Assembly: GCA_020343435.1 (NCBI GenBank)
Contig: CP070794.1
Span: forward strand, 519,341 to 581,711
Source: an archaeon
GTDB lineage: Archaea; Nanobdellota; Nanobdellia; Pacearchaeales; UBA284
Length of the DNA: 62,371 nucleotides
Direction of reading: 5' to 3'
Position 1 is the first letter of the stretch; each line of letters starts with the position of its first letter. The notes below the pieces were generated by a model. It was not told the origin of the DNA and did no database searches. It was given only the letters and a program-made list of their open reading frames with translations. Both the position numbers and the translations under genes were made by a program. Below, piece after piece: positions 1-9,703 of the stretch.

Positions 1-195
1 AATATTGTGAAAAGAAAAAATTGTAAAAAATAGAAAAGTATTTAAAGAAAAATTTGTTTAAGATTACATAAAAAATATTTTAAAAGAGGTTACAATGCCA
101 AAAAGAAAGAAGAAAACCAAAAAGAAAGCAAAGAAAAGAAAGAAGCGAAGGTAAAAGTCTAAATTTCTTATTTTTATTTTTTTCTTTTTTTATTT

Positions 196-558
196 TTATA
201 ATTCTGTGATTCCTTCCCGTGTTAATACTACAAACTTAACTCCTACAGGTATCTTTAATAAAGCTGAGATCAAAGCTATGTGTTCCTTACCTGAACCAGA
301 AGCAATATTCAAAGCTACTTCTATTCCTTTAATCTTATCTTTAAGTTTTTCTCTGATTTCTCCAACTAGTTCTTTAACTGTTTTATCAAAATTAAAAAAA
401 TATAATTCTGAATATTTTGCAAAATCAAATTGTTTTATTCTTTGTTTAGCAAACTCCGGGCATACAAGGATAACTTTATCCCAACTCCCTCTTTTAACTA
501 ACCCTGCAACTTGTCCCCAAGTGCCTTTTCCTGTAGAGATCAAACCAATAAATTCCAT
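196..558 (-). CDS. conserved hypothetical protein (120 aa)
   Basis: Uninterrupted ORF with background-like K/E/I/V composition. The overlapping + ORF 206..604 has S/T/P/L-rich antisense-type composition. No family recognised. Confidence 0.55.
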   Translation of the reverse strand: MEFIGLISTGKGTWGQVAGLVKRGSWDKVILVCPEFAKQRIKQFDFAKYSELYFFNFDKTVKELVGEIREKLKDKIKGIEVALNIASGSGKEHIALISALLKIPVGVKFVVLTREGITEL

Positions 559-609
559 TATTCAAAATAATGACATAGAATTTATAAGGATTATTAGGTT
601 CTAATATGC

Positions 610-1053
610 ATGAAAGAGGACTCTCTTGGGGAAATAACGTTAAGAAAATATGAAAAACCTTATGATTTAAAAGAAAGGGACTTAGCTAAAAAGGTTTGTT
701 TAAGTTTGGGTTTATTACAACCAGGAGACTCTAGAGATATTGTGGTGGATGTTTTGTTAGTTTTAAAAAAAGCTGCTAAAGATAAAAAAGAATTAACTTC
801 TGATGAAATAAAAGATTTAGCTATAAAATCAAGAGAAGATAATAATTTAGAACTAAAAGGGATTGCAGAATCTAACATAAGAAGACAATTAAAAAAATTA
901 AGGAATATTTTTCTTGTTGAAAAAAAAGCAAATAAATATTCTATTACTGAATGGTCTAAATTCTCAGATTTGTTTGATGAAAAGATAGAAAAGTTTTATC
1001 TCTCTAGTATAACCCAAAGGATAAAAGAGTATCTAGAAGAGTTTGATAAATAA
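610..1053 (+). CDS. hypothetical protein, possibly a small helical DNA-binding (winged-helix-like) protein
   Basis: Clean 147-aa ORF with K/E-rich helical composition, directly upstream of the L1 operon. The fold assignment is a guess. Confidence 0.5.
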   Translation: MKEDSLGEITLRKYEKPYDLKERDLAKKVCLSLGLLQPGDSRDIVVDVLLVLKKAAKDKKELTSDEIKDLAIKSREDNNLELKGIAESNIRRQLKKLRNIFLVEKKANKYSITEWSKFSDLFDEKIEKFYLSSITQRIKEYLEEFDK

Positions 1054-1120
1054 AAACCTTTAAAAAGGGATTTTATTTAAACTAATTACCGTTAAGACTA
1101 CTTTAAGGTAGGAGGTAAAA

Positions 1121-1747
1121 ATGAAATTTAAAGAAGCTTTGAAAGAACTAAGAGAAAAGACAAAGAAAAGAAACTTTGATCAAACTTTAGATCTAATTCT
1201 TAATCTTAAGAGTTTTGATATAAAAAAGGATGCAGTAGGGATTGTTGTTTCATTACCTAATACTTATAAGAAAGTTAAGGTGTGTGCTTTTTTAGAATCC
1301 TCAATAAAATCTGATGTTCTTGAAAGAGTTATTAGTAAAAATGAGATAGATAAATTTGATCTAAAAGAAATGAAGAAGATGTCAAAAGAGATGGATTTCT
1401 TTATTGCTAATGCTAAACTAATGCCTCTTGTAGCTAAAAAGTTTGGAAAAGTTCTTGGAGCAATAGGAAAGATGCCTGATCCAAAAATTGGTGGAGTTGT
1501 ATCTCAAGAGAGTACAGAAGCCATACAAAACGCAGTAAATAAACTAAAAAATATTGTGAAAACAAGAACTAAAGAAAAGAGTATAAAATTAGCTGTGGGA
1601 AAAGAGAGTAAAACAGATGAAGAATTAATTCAAAATTTAGAAAGAGTTTTTAAAGATATTGTTGAAAAATTGCCTAAAAAAGAACTAAATGTAAAAAATG
1701 TTATGCTAAAATTTACTATGGGTCCAGCTATACAAGTTAAAAAATGA
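1121..1747 (+). CDS. rpl1: 50S ribosomal protein L1
   Basis: GGAGGT at 1111..1116, 4 nt before the ATG. 208 aa with an L1-like sequence (FDQTLDLILNLK, AKLMPLVAKKFGKVLG). First gene of the canonical archaeal L1-P0-P1 operon. Confidence 0.92.
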   Translation: MKFKEALKELREKTKKRNFDQTLDLILNLKSFDIKKDAVGIVVSLPNTYKKVKVCAFLESSIKSDVLERVISKNEIDKFDLKEMKKMSKEMDFFIANAKLMPLVAKKFGKVLGAIGKMPDPKIGGVVSQESTEAIQNAVNKLKNIVKTRTKEKSIKLAVGKESKTDEELIQNLERVFKDIVEKLPKKELNVKNVMLKFTMGPAIQVKK

Positions 1748-2514
1748 AAAAAGTAAATGAACAAAAGAAAAAATTATTAGAAGAACTAATTAATGATATA
1801 AAGAACTCTAAAACAGTAATGATAGTTTCTATTGAAAATGTACCTTCACTACAATTCCAAAGAGCTAAAAAAGAATTGAAAGACATAGCAAGATTAAAGG
1901 TTATTAAGAAGACAATATTAACAAGGGCCTTAAATAAAATAACTTCTGAAAAGAAAGGAATAGATAAGTTAAATGAAAAAACAGATGGAAATTTTGCAAT
2001 CCTATTCTCAGATAAAGATGCATTTGAAATCTCAGCAGATCTCAATAAAGGAAAACAACCAGCAAAAGCAAAAGCTGGTCAAAAAGCACCTGAAGAAATT
2101 GTGGTTGAGGCCGGACCAACAGATTTACCAGCAGGTCCTGCAATCTCTCAACTAAGTCAATTTGGAATAAAGGCGGGCGTTGAAGGGGGAAAGATCGCTA
2201 TAAAAGAAAAAAAAGTTATTGCTAAAAAAGGAGAAACAATAACCCAACCAATGGCAGAATTACTTTCAACATTAGATATAACTCCATTCTCTGTTGGAGT
2301 TCTTCCAAGAGCTGCTTATGATTCAACAAATTCAAAGATATATTTAGATATTAACGTAGATCCTGAAGTTGCTCTTGAAAAATTAAAAGAGTTTTCATCT
2401 GAAGCTCTAGGATTAGCTATGAAAATAGAATATCTTTGTAAAGACACAGTTAAATTCATATTAGCAAAGGCCTCTAACGAGGTAGATATGCTATCAAAAA
2501 ATTTAAAAAACTAA
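1744..2514 (+). CDS. rplP0: 50S ribosomal protein L10 / acidic stalk protein P0
   Basis: ATGA overlap with rpl1. Its size and its position between L1 and P1 match P0, and the N-terminal L10 domain is recognisable. Confidence 0.9.
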   Translation: MKKVNEQKKKLLEELINDIKNSKTVMIVSIENVPSLQFQRAKKELKDIARLKVIKKTILTRALNKITSEKKGIDKLNEKTDGNFAILFSDKDAFEISADLNKGKQPAKAKAGQKAPEEIVVEAGPTDLPAGPAISQLSQFGIKAGVEGGKIAIKEKKVIAKKGETITQPMAELLSTLDITPFSVGVLPRAAYDSTNSKIYLDINVDPEVALEKLKEFSSEALGLAMKIEYLCKDTVKFILAKASNEVDMLSKNLKN

Positions 2515-2529
2515 ACTGGATTGAAAAAA

Positions 2530-2826
2530 ATGGAATACATATATGGTGCCTTGCTTTTGCACAAACTAGGAAAAGAAGTTAATGAAGAAAACTTGAAGAA
2601 AGTTGTAGAAGCAACAGGAGCCCAAGTAGATGAAACTAAGGTAAAGAGCGTTATAGCTAGTTTGAAAGATGTTGACATTGACAAAGTATTAAGTGAAGCT
2701 GCAACAATGCCTGCACCAAGTGGGGGAGCAGCATCAAAGGGAGAAAAGAAAGAAGATACCGCTCCAAAGGAAAAAGAGAAATCTGCTGAAGAGGCTGCTG
2801 AAGGTTTAGCTGCTCTATTTGGCTAA
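2530..2826 (+). CDS. rpl12: 50S ribosomal stalk protein P1 (L12)
   Basis: MEYIYGALLLH N-terminus, an Ala/Glu/Lys hinge and a conserved GLAALFG C-terminus. The track ORF starts at TTG 2521; ATG 2530 is preferred. Confidence 0.9.
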   Translation: MEYIYGALLLHKLGKEVNEENLKKVVEATGAQVDETKVKSVIASLKDVDIDKVLSEAATMPAPSGGAASKGEKKEDTAPKEKEKSAEEAAEGLAALFG

Positions 2827-2828
2827 AG

Positions 2829-3275
2829 ATGAATGCACTCATCCTGAGCATGATCTTGAGTTTTGTCCCGATTTCAGAGCTCAGGTTAGCTATACCCTTG
2901 GCAATAGCTTCTAATGTTAATCCTTTTATTGCATTTATCGCATGTTTAGCTATTAATCTTTTAGTTGCTCCTTTTGTTTTCTTTGCATTAGATAAGATTT
3001 ATACTAAGGTCTTTAAAAAATCCTTAAGAGAACATGGAATAATCCAAAAATTAAGTAAGAAAAAAATTACTAAAAAAGTAGAAAAATATGGATTTATGGC
3101 ATTAGTTCTTTTTGTTGCAGTTCCTTTACCAGTTACAGGTGCTTGGACAGGAAGTCTAGTTGCATGGATTTTGGGATTAAATGAAAAGAAATCTATTTTA
3201 GCAATCTCTATAGGGATAACTATTGCTGCAGTAATAGTAACTCTTGCTTCTATCGGTGTTTTTTCACTGATTTAA
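2829..3275 (+). CDS. small multidrug-export-like membrane protein (COG2426-like)
   Basis: Four predicted TM helices. The N-terminal ISELRLAIPLAIA motif is typical of this family. Confidence 0.5.
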   Translation: MNALILSMILSFVPISELRLAIPLAIASNVNPFIAFIACLAINLLVAPFVFFALDKIYTKVFKKSLREHGIIQKLSKKKITKKVEKYGFMALVLFVAVPLPVTGAWTGSLVAWILGLNEKKSILAISIGITIAAVIVTLASIGVFSLI

Positions 3276-3783
3276 GAATTCTTTTTATATCTGAATAAAC
3301 TGGAACATCTTTTATCTTAAAAATCTTAATACACAAGAACCATATTAAAACAACAAAAGCTATACTGACATACCAAAAAACAATATGAGTTTTGAAAAAC
3401 AAGTTATTTCCAGCTTCTAAAAAAGCTATTGAGATATTTAACCTTATTAAATTTAGAACTAAGAACATTGTTGAAGCCAATAAAAAGATCCAAATTCGTT
3501 TAATGAATTTAAGATTAGGAGTTAATAGATTTAACAAAACCAACAATAAATAAGCACTTCCTCCAACACAAGCAGGAATTATCTCTACAGATACTTGGTT
3601 AACAAAAATAAGGTTTCCAGCAACCATTACTTTGGTAAAAAACAAAGATAATATTCCATACGATAACCAGATAGTTAATGGTTTAAAGATAAAATAAAAA
3701 GTTGCTGAGAATAAAACAGCTATTATAGCTAAGATATACCTTAAAACAGACCAACCCATCCTTTCCATAATTAAGAAAGACAA
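3250..3783 (-). CDS. archaeosortase/exosortase-family membrane protein (short form)
   Basis: Polytopic 177-aa protein with ordered Cys..Arg..His candidates in TM context (IIPACVGGSAY, LNLIRLNISIAF, KTHIVFWY), as in exosortase/archaeosortase. Confidence 0.5.
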   Translation of the reverse strand: MSFLIMERMGWSVLRYILAIIAVLFSATFYFIFKPLTIWLSYGILSLFFTKVMVAGNLIFVNQVSVEIIPACVGGSAYLLLVLLNLLTPNLKFIKRIWIFLLASTMFLVLNLIRLNISIAFLEAGNNLFFKTHIVFWYVSIAFVVLIWFLCIKIFKIKDVPVYSDIKRILKSVKKHR

Positions 3784-3798
3784 AATTTATTTATATAG

Positions 3799-4338
3799 TT
3801 GTTCTTTCCAAGAATCATGAAGAAATGGTTACCAGTGATTTTTGCAGGCATAGCAATGATCTTATTCCTTGCAATAGACAGAACTATATTAACTTTGATT
3901 GAATCTATCAGATTTTCAGCATTAGATTCTTTTTTCTCAGCACTATTGCTCATCCAAACAGAACCATACCTAGAGATATGGATAATAGTGATAATGTTTT
4001 TTATTATTATCAAGAATAAAGATAAATTGTTCCCACGGTTTATTATATCTTTTATTATAGTCAGCGTAATTACTCTTATCTTAAAAAATGTTGTAGGAAG
4101 AGTTAGACCACTCGGGCAAGATCTCAAATCTTTCCCTTCAGGACATGCAACAGTGATATTCTCTACTTTTCCATTCTTAAAGAATAAAATAGTTAGAATT
4201 GTTTGGTTTACTTTTGCAATACTTTTAGTATTTACAAGAGTATATTTCCAAATCCATTACCCAAGTGATGTAATGGCAGGATTTATAATAGGGTATGGTA
4301 TTGGTTTAATTGTAGAAAAATGGAACATCAAGTTTTAA
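3799..4338 (+). CDS. PAP2-family (type 2 phosphatidic acid / polyprenyl-PP) phosphatase
   Basis: All three PAP2 motifs are present: KNVVGRVRP, PSGH, TRVYFQIHYPSDV. Multi-TM protein. Confidence 0.8.
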   Translation: MFFPRIMKKWLPVIFAGIAMILFLAIDRTILTLIESIRFSALDSFFSALLLIQTEPYLEIWIIVIMFFIIIKNKDKLFPRFIISFIIVSVITLILKNVVGRVRPLGQDLKSFPSGHATVIFSTFPFLKNKIVRIVWFTFAILLVFTRVYFQIHYPSDVMAGFIIGYGIGLIVEKWNIKF

Positions 4339-4907
4339 GACAAGTTTTACATATGATTATTGGAGCTGCAGTAATAGTCGGCTTACTTTTAGTTCCTAGA
4401 CCATTAAGTTTAATAATTTTATTTGGAATTTTTTTAATTGCTGTCCTTTTATCTCTCCTTTCTAGGAAATGGAAGATTCCTGGAGTGAACTATTTCCTTT
4501 CCACAATTGGGAAAGAGGATGAAAAGAAATTTCCAGGTAAAGGATTTATTTTCTTTTTAGCAGGTTGTTTAATTGCTGTAAAACTGTTTCCAATAGACAT
4601 TGCTCTCGCTGCCATAGTTGTTCTAACTTTTGGAGATTCTATTGCTAATCTTACAAGAAAACTTTTAGTGAGAAAATCTAAAAGATTATTCAAAAACTTT
4701 AAAGGTTCTATAGTTGGATTAGTGGTATCTTTCTTTGTGGCATTATTATTTGTTCCAGTAGCTTATGCAGGAGTTGCTGCAGTAATCGGAATGTTGTCTG
4801 AATCTGTAGCTATAAAATTAGGGGAAGGAGAGGCAGATGATAACTTAATAATTCCTCTGGCAGCAGGAACAGCATTATATGTTCTTAGATTTGTGTTTGG
4901 AGTTTAA
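4320..4907 (+). CDS. polyprenol/dolichol kinase-like (CTP-transferase 1 superfamily) membrane protein
   Basis: Polytopic protein. FGDSIANL...KNFKGSIVG resembles the GDxxA...K(T/S)xEG motif of dolichol/phytol kinases. The start may be an internal Met. Confidence 0.45.
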   Translation: MEHQVLRQVLHMIIGAAVIVGLLLVPRPLSLIILFGIFLIAVLLSLLSRKWKIPGVNYFLSTIGKEDEKKFPGKGFIFFLAGCLIAVKLFPIDIALAAIVVLTFGDSIANLTRKLLVRKSKRLFKNFKGSIVGLVVSFFVALLFVPVAYAGVAAVIGMLSESVAIKLGEGEADDNLIIPLAAGTALYVLRFVFGV

Positions 4908-4944
4908 TAAAAAGGTTTAAATAAATTCTAAATTTTATTGAACC

Positions 4945-6396
4945 ATGGAAAACAAATTAGATAAAATAATGGATGTGGCTTTGAAAAGAGGTTTTTTTTG
5001 GCCATCAGCAGAGAATTATTCAGATAAACAAGCAGGTTTTTTTGATTATGGTCCAAATGGGAGGGCTCTCAAAGAGAATATAATAAGGATATGGAGAAAA
5101 GAGCTTGTTAACAAAGAAGGGATGATTGAAATAGATGGATGTCAAATTCTTCCAAAATCTGTTTTTGTTGCTTCTGGACATCTAACAAGTTTTAATGATC
5201 CATTAATTACATGTAAAAAATGTAAGTTCAAAATAAGAGCAGATCAACTAATTCAAGAAAGGACTAAGAAAGAAGTTCCGGAAAAACTTTCCATGGATGA
5301 ATATGATAAATTAATTAAAAAGAATAAGATTAAATGTCCAAAATGTAAATCTGAATTTAGTAAGACTGGAATATGGAACCTAATGTTCCCTCTGGGGATT
5401 GGAACTGAAAGAAAGGAGGCATATCTTCGTGGAGAATCTTGCCAATCTATCTTCACAAGTTTTCCAAGAATCTTTAAAACTTCTAGGAAAAATTTGCCCT
5501 TTGGGATAGCACAAACAGGAAAAGTCTTTAGAAACGAAATATCTCCAAGACAAAATCTTCTTAGAACCAGGGAGTTTAACCAAGCAGAAATAGAAGTATT
5601 CTTTAATCCTGAAACTGAAAATGATTTCAAGCTTAAAGAAACTAAATTAAATTTTCATATTAAAAATAAAGTCCAAAGAATTTCAGTTAAGGAAGCAGTA
5701 AAGAAAAAGATAATAATCAGTAATTTGATTGCTCATTACTTGGTCTTGCTTAAAGAGTTTCATGAAAAATTAGGGATTTCAGAAAAAGAAATGAGGTTTA
5801 GAAAACTAGAAGATAAAGACAAGCCATTCTATTCAAAAGAAACATGGGATTTTGAAGTTCTGACATCTACTGGATGGTTAGAATTAGTGGCTTGTAATCA
5901 TAGGTCTGATTATGATTTGAAAGGCCATGGAAGGATTTCAAAACAAAAACTAGATGTTGTGGATGAAAAAACTGGAAAGAGAGTCCTTCCAAATGTATTT
6001 GAACTCTCTGCAGGGATAGATAGGATACTTTATGCTTTATTAGAACTAAATTACAAAGAAGATAAGAAAAATGAAAGAACATTATTTTCATTTAAACCAA
6101 AATTAGCTCCTGTTTTTGTAGCAATATTCCCTTTAGTAAATAAAGAAGGGATGCCAAAAGTAGCTAAAGAGATATTTAATCAATTAAATGAAGAATTTGA
6201 TTGTTTTTATGATGAATCTGGTTCTATTGGAAGAAGGTATAGGAGACAGGACGAGATAGGAACTCCTTTCTGTATTACTGTAGATGGCCAAACTCTAAAA
6301 GATAAGACAGTAACTCTTAGATTTAGAGATGATCTAAAACAGATTAGAGTAAAAATAACAGATCTAGCAAAAAAGTTAAAAGACCTTAAAATTTAA
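4945..6396 (+). CDS. glyS: glycine--tRNA ligase (archaeal/eukaryal type)
   Basis: Class II motifs (FRNEISPRQNLLRTREFNQAE), an N-terminal RGFFWPS...GFFDYGPNG and a C-terminal anticodon-binding domain. Confidence 0.92.
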   Translation: MENKLDKIMDVALKRGFFWPSAENYSDKQAGFFDYGPNGRALKENIIRIWRKELVNKEGMIEIDGCQILPKSVFVASGHLTSFNDPLITCKKCKFKIRADQLIQERTKKEVPEKLSMDEYDKLIKKNKIKCPKCKSEFSKTGIWNLMFPLGIGTERKEAYLRGESCQSIFTSFPRIFKTSRKNLPFGIAQTGKVFRNEISPRQNLLRTREFNQAEIEVFFNPETENDFKLKETKLNFHIKNKVQRISVKEAVKKKIIISNLIAHYLVLLKEFHEKLGISEKEMRFRKLEDKDKPFYSKETWDFEVLTSTGWLELVACNHRSDYDLKGHGRISKQKLDVVDEKTGKRVLPNVFELSAGIDRILYALLELNYKEDKKNERTLFSFKPKLAPVFVAIFPLVNKEGMPKVAKEIFNQLNEEFDCFYDESGSIGRRYRRQDEIGTPFCITVDGQTLKDKTVTLRFRDDLKQIRVKITDLAKKLKDLKI

Positions 6397-6405
6397 TTCT
6401 CATGT

Positions 6406-6476
6406 GGGCCTGTAGTATAATGGTATTATACGCCCTTGGCTAGGGTGTGACCCGCGTTCGAATCGCGGCAGGTCCA
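6406..6476 (+). tRNA. tRNA-Ala (anticodon GGC)
   Basis: Cloverleaf with acceptor GGGCCTG/CAGGTCC including the G3:U70 alanine identity pair, T-arm CCGCG-TTCGAAT-CGCGG and anticodon stem CGCCC/GGGTG with loop TTGGCTA. Position 37 reads as U, which is unusual. Confidence 0.8.
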
Positions 6477-6540
6477 TTTAATTCTAAGAATTAATTATTA
6501 AAAAAAGAAAAAAGAAAAATAAGAATCAAAGATTATAGGC

Positions 6541-6762
6541 TTATTTCCCGCCTACAAATGCGCTCAAAATAGCCAGAATTGCGATAATGATCCATAGAAC
6601 CATCCATAGTGTGTTACCTACTGATGCAATTATAAATAGAATTGCAGCAATAAAGAACAAGATCACAAAGATCACGTTCAACTTACCTTTTCCTAGCAAT
6701 AACTGTAGTAACCATCCGACCAATATCAAAATTACTGCTACTTCGACTAATCCAAATGGCAT
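6541..6762 (-). CDS. small membrane protein (73 aa, 2-3 TM)
   Basis: The ORF is hydrophobic throughout. The opposite-strand ORF 6587..6769 has antisense-type composition. Confidence 0.5.
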   Translation of the reverse strand: MPFGLVEVAVILILVGWLLQLLLGKGKLNVIFVILFFIAAILFIIASVGNTLWMVLWIIIAILAILSAFVGGK

Positions 6763-6972
6763 TTTTTAACCTCCTTTAATTGTTTTATATAAGGGTATTG
6801 GTGTTTTTAAAGTTTATGAAACTACGTTTAGACACAAGTTATAGAACAAGATTTAAATAGTAAAAATACTTTGAGAAAGTATGCCTAAGAAAATAAGAGA
6901 GAATTTTGAAGAGGAATTAGAACAAGCTGAAGATTCAGAACCAAAATTAATGTATATAGGCTAATTCTAAAA

Positions 6973-7365
6973 ATGGATTGTATCTTTTGTAAGATTGTAA
7001 ATGGTGAGATTCCTTGCTATAAGATCTATGAAGATGAGAGATTCATAGCATTCTTAGATGTTAGTCCATTAAGTCCGGGGCATACATTGCTTATCCCAAA
7101 GAAACATGTTCGGTGTGTTGAGGATTACGAACCCTATGGAAAATACTGGGAAACTGTAAGAAATCTTTCTAAAATACTCCAAAAAGTATTCAAACCAGAA
7201 ACAATCTCTTATATAGTATATGGATTAGGAGTAGAACATGCACATATCCATTTAGTCCCAATATACAAAGATATAGATCCTACAAAGAAACTAGAAAAAG
7301 AAGTCATAAAGATCCCAGAAAAAGAAATGAAAGAAATAGCTAAAAAAATACGAAAAGAGATATAA
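6973..7365 (+). CDS. HIT-family nucleotide hydrolase/transferase
   Basis: Histidine triad HAHIHLVP and N-terminal CIFCKI. Confidence 0.88.
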   Translation: MDCIFCKIVNGEIPCYKIYEDERFIAFLDVSPLSPGHTLLIPKKHVRCVEDYEPYGKYWETVRNLSKILQKVFKPETISYIVYGLGVEHAHIHLVPIYKDIDPTKKLEKEVIKIPEKEMKEIAKKIRKEI

Positions 7366-7387
7366 AGTCTAACCTATTTCTCAAATA

Positions 7388-8908
7388 ATGAAATTAACAC
7401 CAAGAGAGTATCAGAAAAGGATATTTGAAACTTGTACAAAGAAGAATTGTTTAGTTGTACTTCCAACAGGTTTAGGAAAAACCTTAATAGCTTTAATGCT
7501 AGCAAAAGAAAGGGTGAACAAATTTCCTGGATCTAAAATCCTCTTTCTTGCTCCAACCAGACCATTAGTAGAACAGCACTATCATTCTTTCAAAAAAGAT
7601 TCTGATTTTGAAAATATGCATATATTTACAGGAAAAATTAATTCTAAAAAAAGAAAAGAAATATGGAAAAATGCTCAGATAATCTTCTCAACACCACAAT
7701 GTATTCAAAACGATCTAAAAAACCATTTAATAGATCTTAAAGAGGTATCTTTACTAATTGAGGATGAAGCACACAGATGTTTGAAGAATTACAGTTATAC
7801 ATTTGTTGCTAAAAAATACATAGATCAAGCAAAGAATTCTAGATTATTAGGACTAACAGCTTCTCCATCTTCAGAAAAAGAAAAGATAAGAGAGATATGT
7901 AAGAATCTTGATATAAAGGATGTTGAAATAAGAACCCGTTTTAGCGAAGATGTTAAACCTTATTTACAAGAATTAACTACAGATATAATAAAAGTAGAAT
8001 TCCCTCCAGAATTAAAAGCTATTAGGTCTTTTCTAAAAAAGATTTATGATAAGAAGATTGATGAATTAAAGAAAAGAAAATTCTTATTCCAAAGAGTCAA
8101 TAAAATAACTTTATTAGATTTACAAAAGAATTTGATGAGAAAAATAACAACAGGAAACAAACATTTCAATATTTTAAGAGCTGTCTCAATATGTGCTCAG
8201 GCAATAAAGATACAACATGCATTAGAACTACTAGAAACACAAACAGTTGAAACATTAAATTATTATCTACAAGGATTATACGATCAGGCTAGAAAAAAAC
8301 AAAGTAAAGGGGTAGTCCGGTTAGTGAACAGTAAAGAGTTCCAAGAAGCTTATTTATTAGCAATAAGTCTAAAAAATACAGATTTTGAACATCCTAAATT
8401 AGAAAGGTTAAAAGAACTTATTAAAGAGGAATTTAAAGAAGGTTTTAAGGCAATAGTTTTCTCCCAGTACAGAGATAGTGTTAATAAGATAAATAAAGAA
8501 CTAACTTCTGCAGGATTTAAATCAAATGTTTTTATTGGGCAAGCTTCAGGAAGATTAGATGGATTATCTCAAAAAGAACAACAACAAATATTACAAAAGT
8601 TTAAAGATAATAAAATAAATATGCTTGTCTCAACAAGTATTGGTGAAGAAGGGTTAGATATCCCTGAAGTTAATATGGTTGTTTTCTATGAACCTGTTCC
8701 TTCTGCTATAAGGAAAATCCAGAGGAGAGGAAGAACAGCTAGATTAAAACCAGGTAAGTTGGTAATTCTAATGACTAAAGGAACAAGAGATGAATCTTAT
8801 CACTGGGCAGCACATTATAAAGAGAAAAAAATGCATGAAGCGTTGGAAGATTTCAAAAACGGATTACAGAAAAAACAAAAAGATTTCTCTGATTTTAGAC
8901 AAGCATAA
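7388..8908 (+). CDS. hef: Hef/FANCM-family SF2 helicase (helicase-only, no ERCC4 nuclease domain)
   Basis: Walker A LPTGLGKT, DEAH box (IEDEAHRC), LTASP, motif VI QRRGRTAR and an inserted helical domain between the RecA lobes. Confidence 0.8.
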   Translation: MKLTPREYQKRIFETCTKKNCLVVLPTGLGKTLIALMLAKERVNKFPGSKILFLAPTRPLVEQHYHSFKKDSDFENMHIFTGKINSKKRKEIWKNAQIIFSTPQCIQNDLKNHLIDLKEVSLLIEDEAHRCLKNYSYTFVAKKYIDQAKNSRLLGLTASPSSEKEKIREICKNLDIKDVEIRTRFSEDVKPYLQELTTDIIKVEFPPELKAIRSFLKKIYDKKIDELKKRKFLFQRVNKITLLDLQKNLMRKITTGNKHFNILRAVSICAQAIKIQHALELLETQTVETLNYYLQGLYDQARKKQSKGVVRLVNSKEFQEAYLLAISLKNTDFEHPKLERLKELIKEEFKEGFKAIVFSQYRDSVNKINKELTSAGFKSNVFIGQASGRLDGLSQKEQQQILQKFKDNKINMLVSTSIGEEGLDIPEVNMVVFYEPVPSAIRKIQRRGRTARLKPGKLVILMTKGTRDESYHWAAHYKEKKMHEALEDFKNGLQKKQKDFSDFRQA

Positions 8909-8938
8909 ATTTAAAAGTTAAAAAAACAAGAAGATAAA

Positions 8939-9178
8939 ATGGCAGAACATGAAGTAAGAGTCTATTCAACACCAACATGTCCATGGTGCTGTGTGGCTAA
9001 AGACTTTTTGAAGAAAAATAATATAGAATTTGAAGATATAGATGTTTCAATAGATGAAATCGCAGCCCAAGAAATGGTGGATAAGACAGGACAAATGGGA
9101 GTTCCTGTTATAGAGATAGATGGAAAATTCATTGTTGGATTTAATGAAGAAAAGCTAAAAGAGATGTTAGGATTGTAA
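8939..9178 (+). CDS. glutaredoxin-like protein
   Basis: 79 aa with a CPWC active site in a thioredoxin-fold context and GVPVIEIDG. Confidence 0.8.
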   Translation: MAEHEVRVYSTPTCPWCCVAKDFLKKNNIEFEDIDVSIDEIAAQEMVDKTGQMGVPVIEIDGKFIVGFNEEKLKEMLGL

Positions 9179-9703
9179 AGGAATCTCTAAAAGATCTGAA
9201 TAAAGGGGCCCTTTGTTTGTTAAAACAGATTTCTTTAATTTAATTGAATCTACTACAAAAGATTTCTTCTTTATTTTTATTTTGCTCACAGAATCTAAGA
9301 ATTTTGGCTTATCTTTGATTGTTTTAATCCTAGCTAGAGTTATATGACTCTTAGAATCTTCTTCTTTGGTTTTAATCCCAGATAAAACAGAATTTATTTC
9401 ATCGTAAAGTCTCTTAATTTCTGAACTTGGTTCTAAAGAAACCCAGAGAACCCTGATATAGTTTTTATCTGGAAAGAACCCAATGTTTCCCAAACTAACA
9501 TTAAATTTTTTGAATTTAAGTTCTTGAATCTTTTCTTGAATCTGCTTAACTTTAAGGTCATCTATTTCTCCAAAGAACTTTAGAGTTAAATGTAAATTTC
9601 TTCTTTCTACAAATTTAGCATTAACTAATCCTATTTTACCTCTTAGATTAAATAGAAAATCCTTAATTTCAGATGGCAAATCAATAGCTATAAAGCAACG
9701 CAT
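9167..9703 (-). CDS. thpR: RNA 2',3'-cyclic phosphodiesterase (2H family, ThpR/LigT)
   Basis: Two HxTx motifs: HLTLKF and HITLAR. Confidence 0.85.
   Translation of the reverse strand: MRCFIAIDLPSEIKDFLFNLRGKIGLVNAKFVERRNLHLTLKFFGEIDDLKVKQIQEKIQELKFKKFNVSLGNIGFFPDKNYIRVLWVSLEPSSEIKRLYDEINSVLSGIKTKEEDSKSHITLARIKTIKDKPKFLDSVSKIKIKKKSFVVDSIKLKKSVLTNKGPLYSDLLEIPLQS

Noticed and set aside
6881-6964. A 27-codon ORF (MPKKIRENFEEELEQAEDSEPKLMYIG) in the spacer upstream of the HIT gene.
   Set aside because: It has no SD, only a weak TATA-like context, and no recognisable family. It cannot be supported from the sequence alone.
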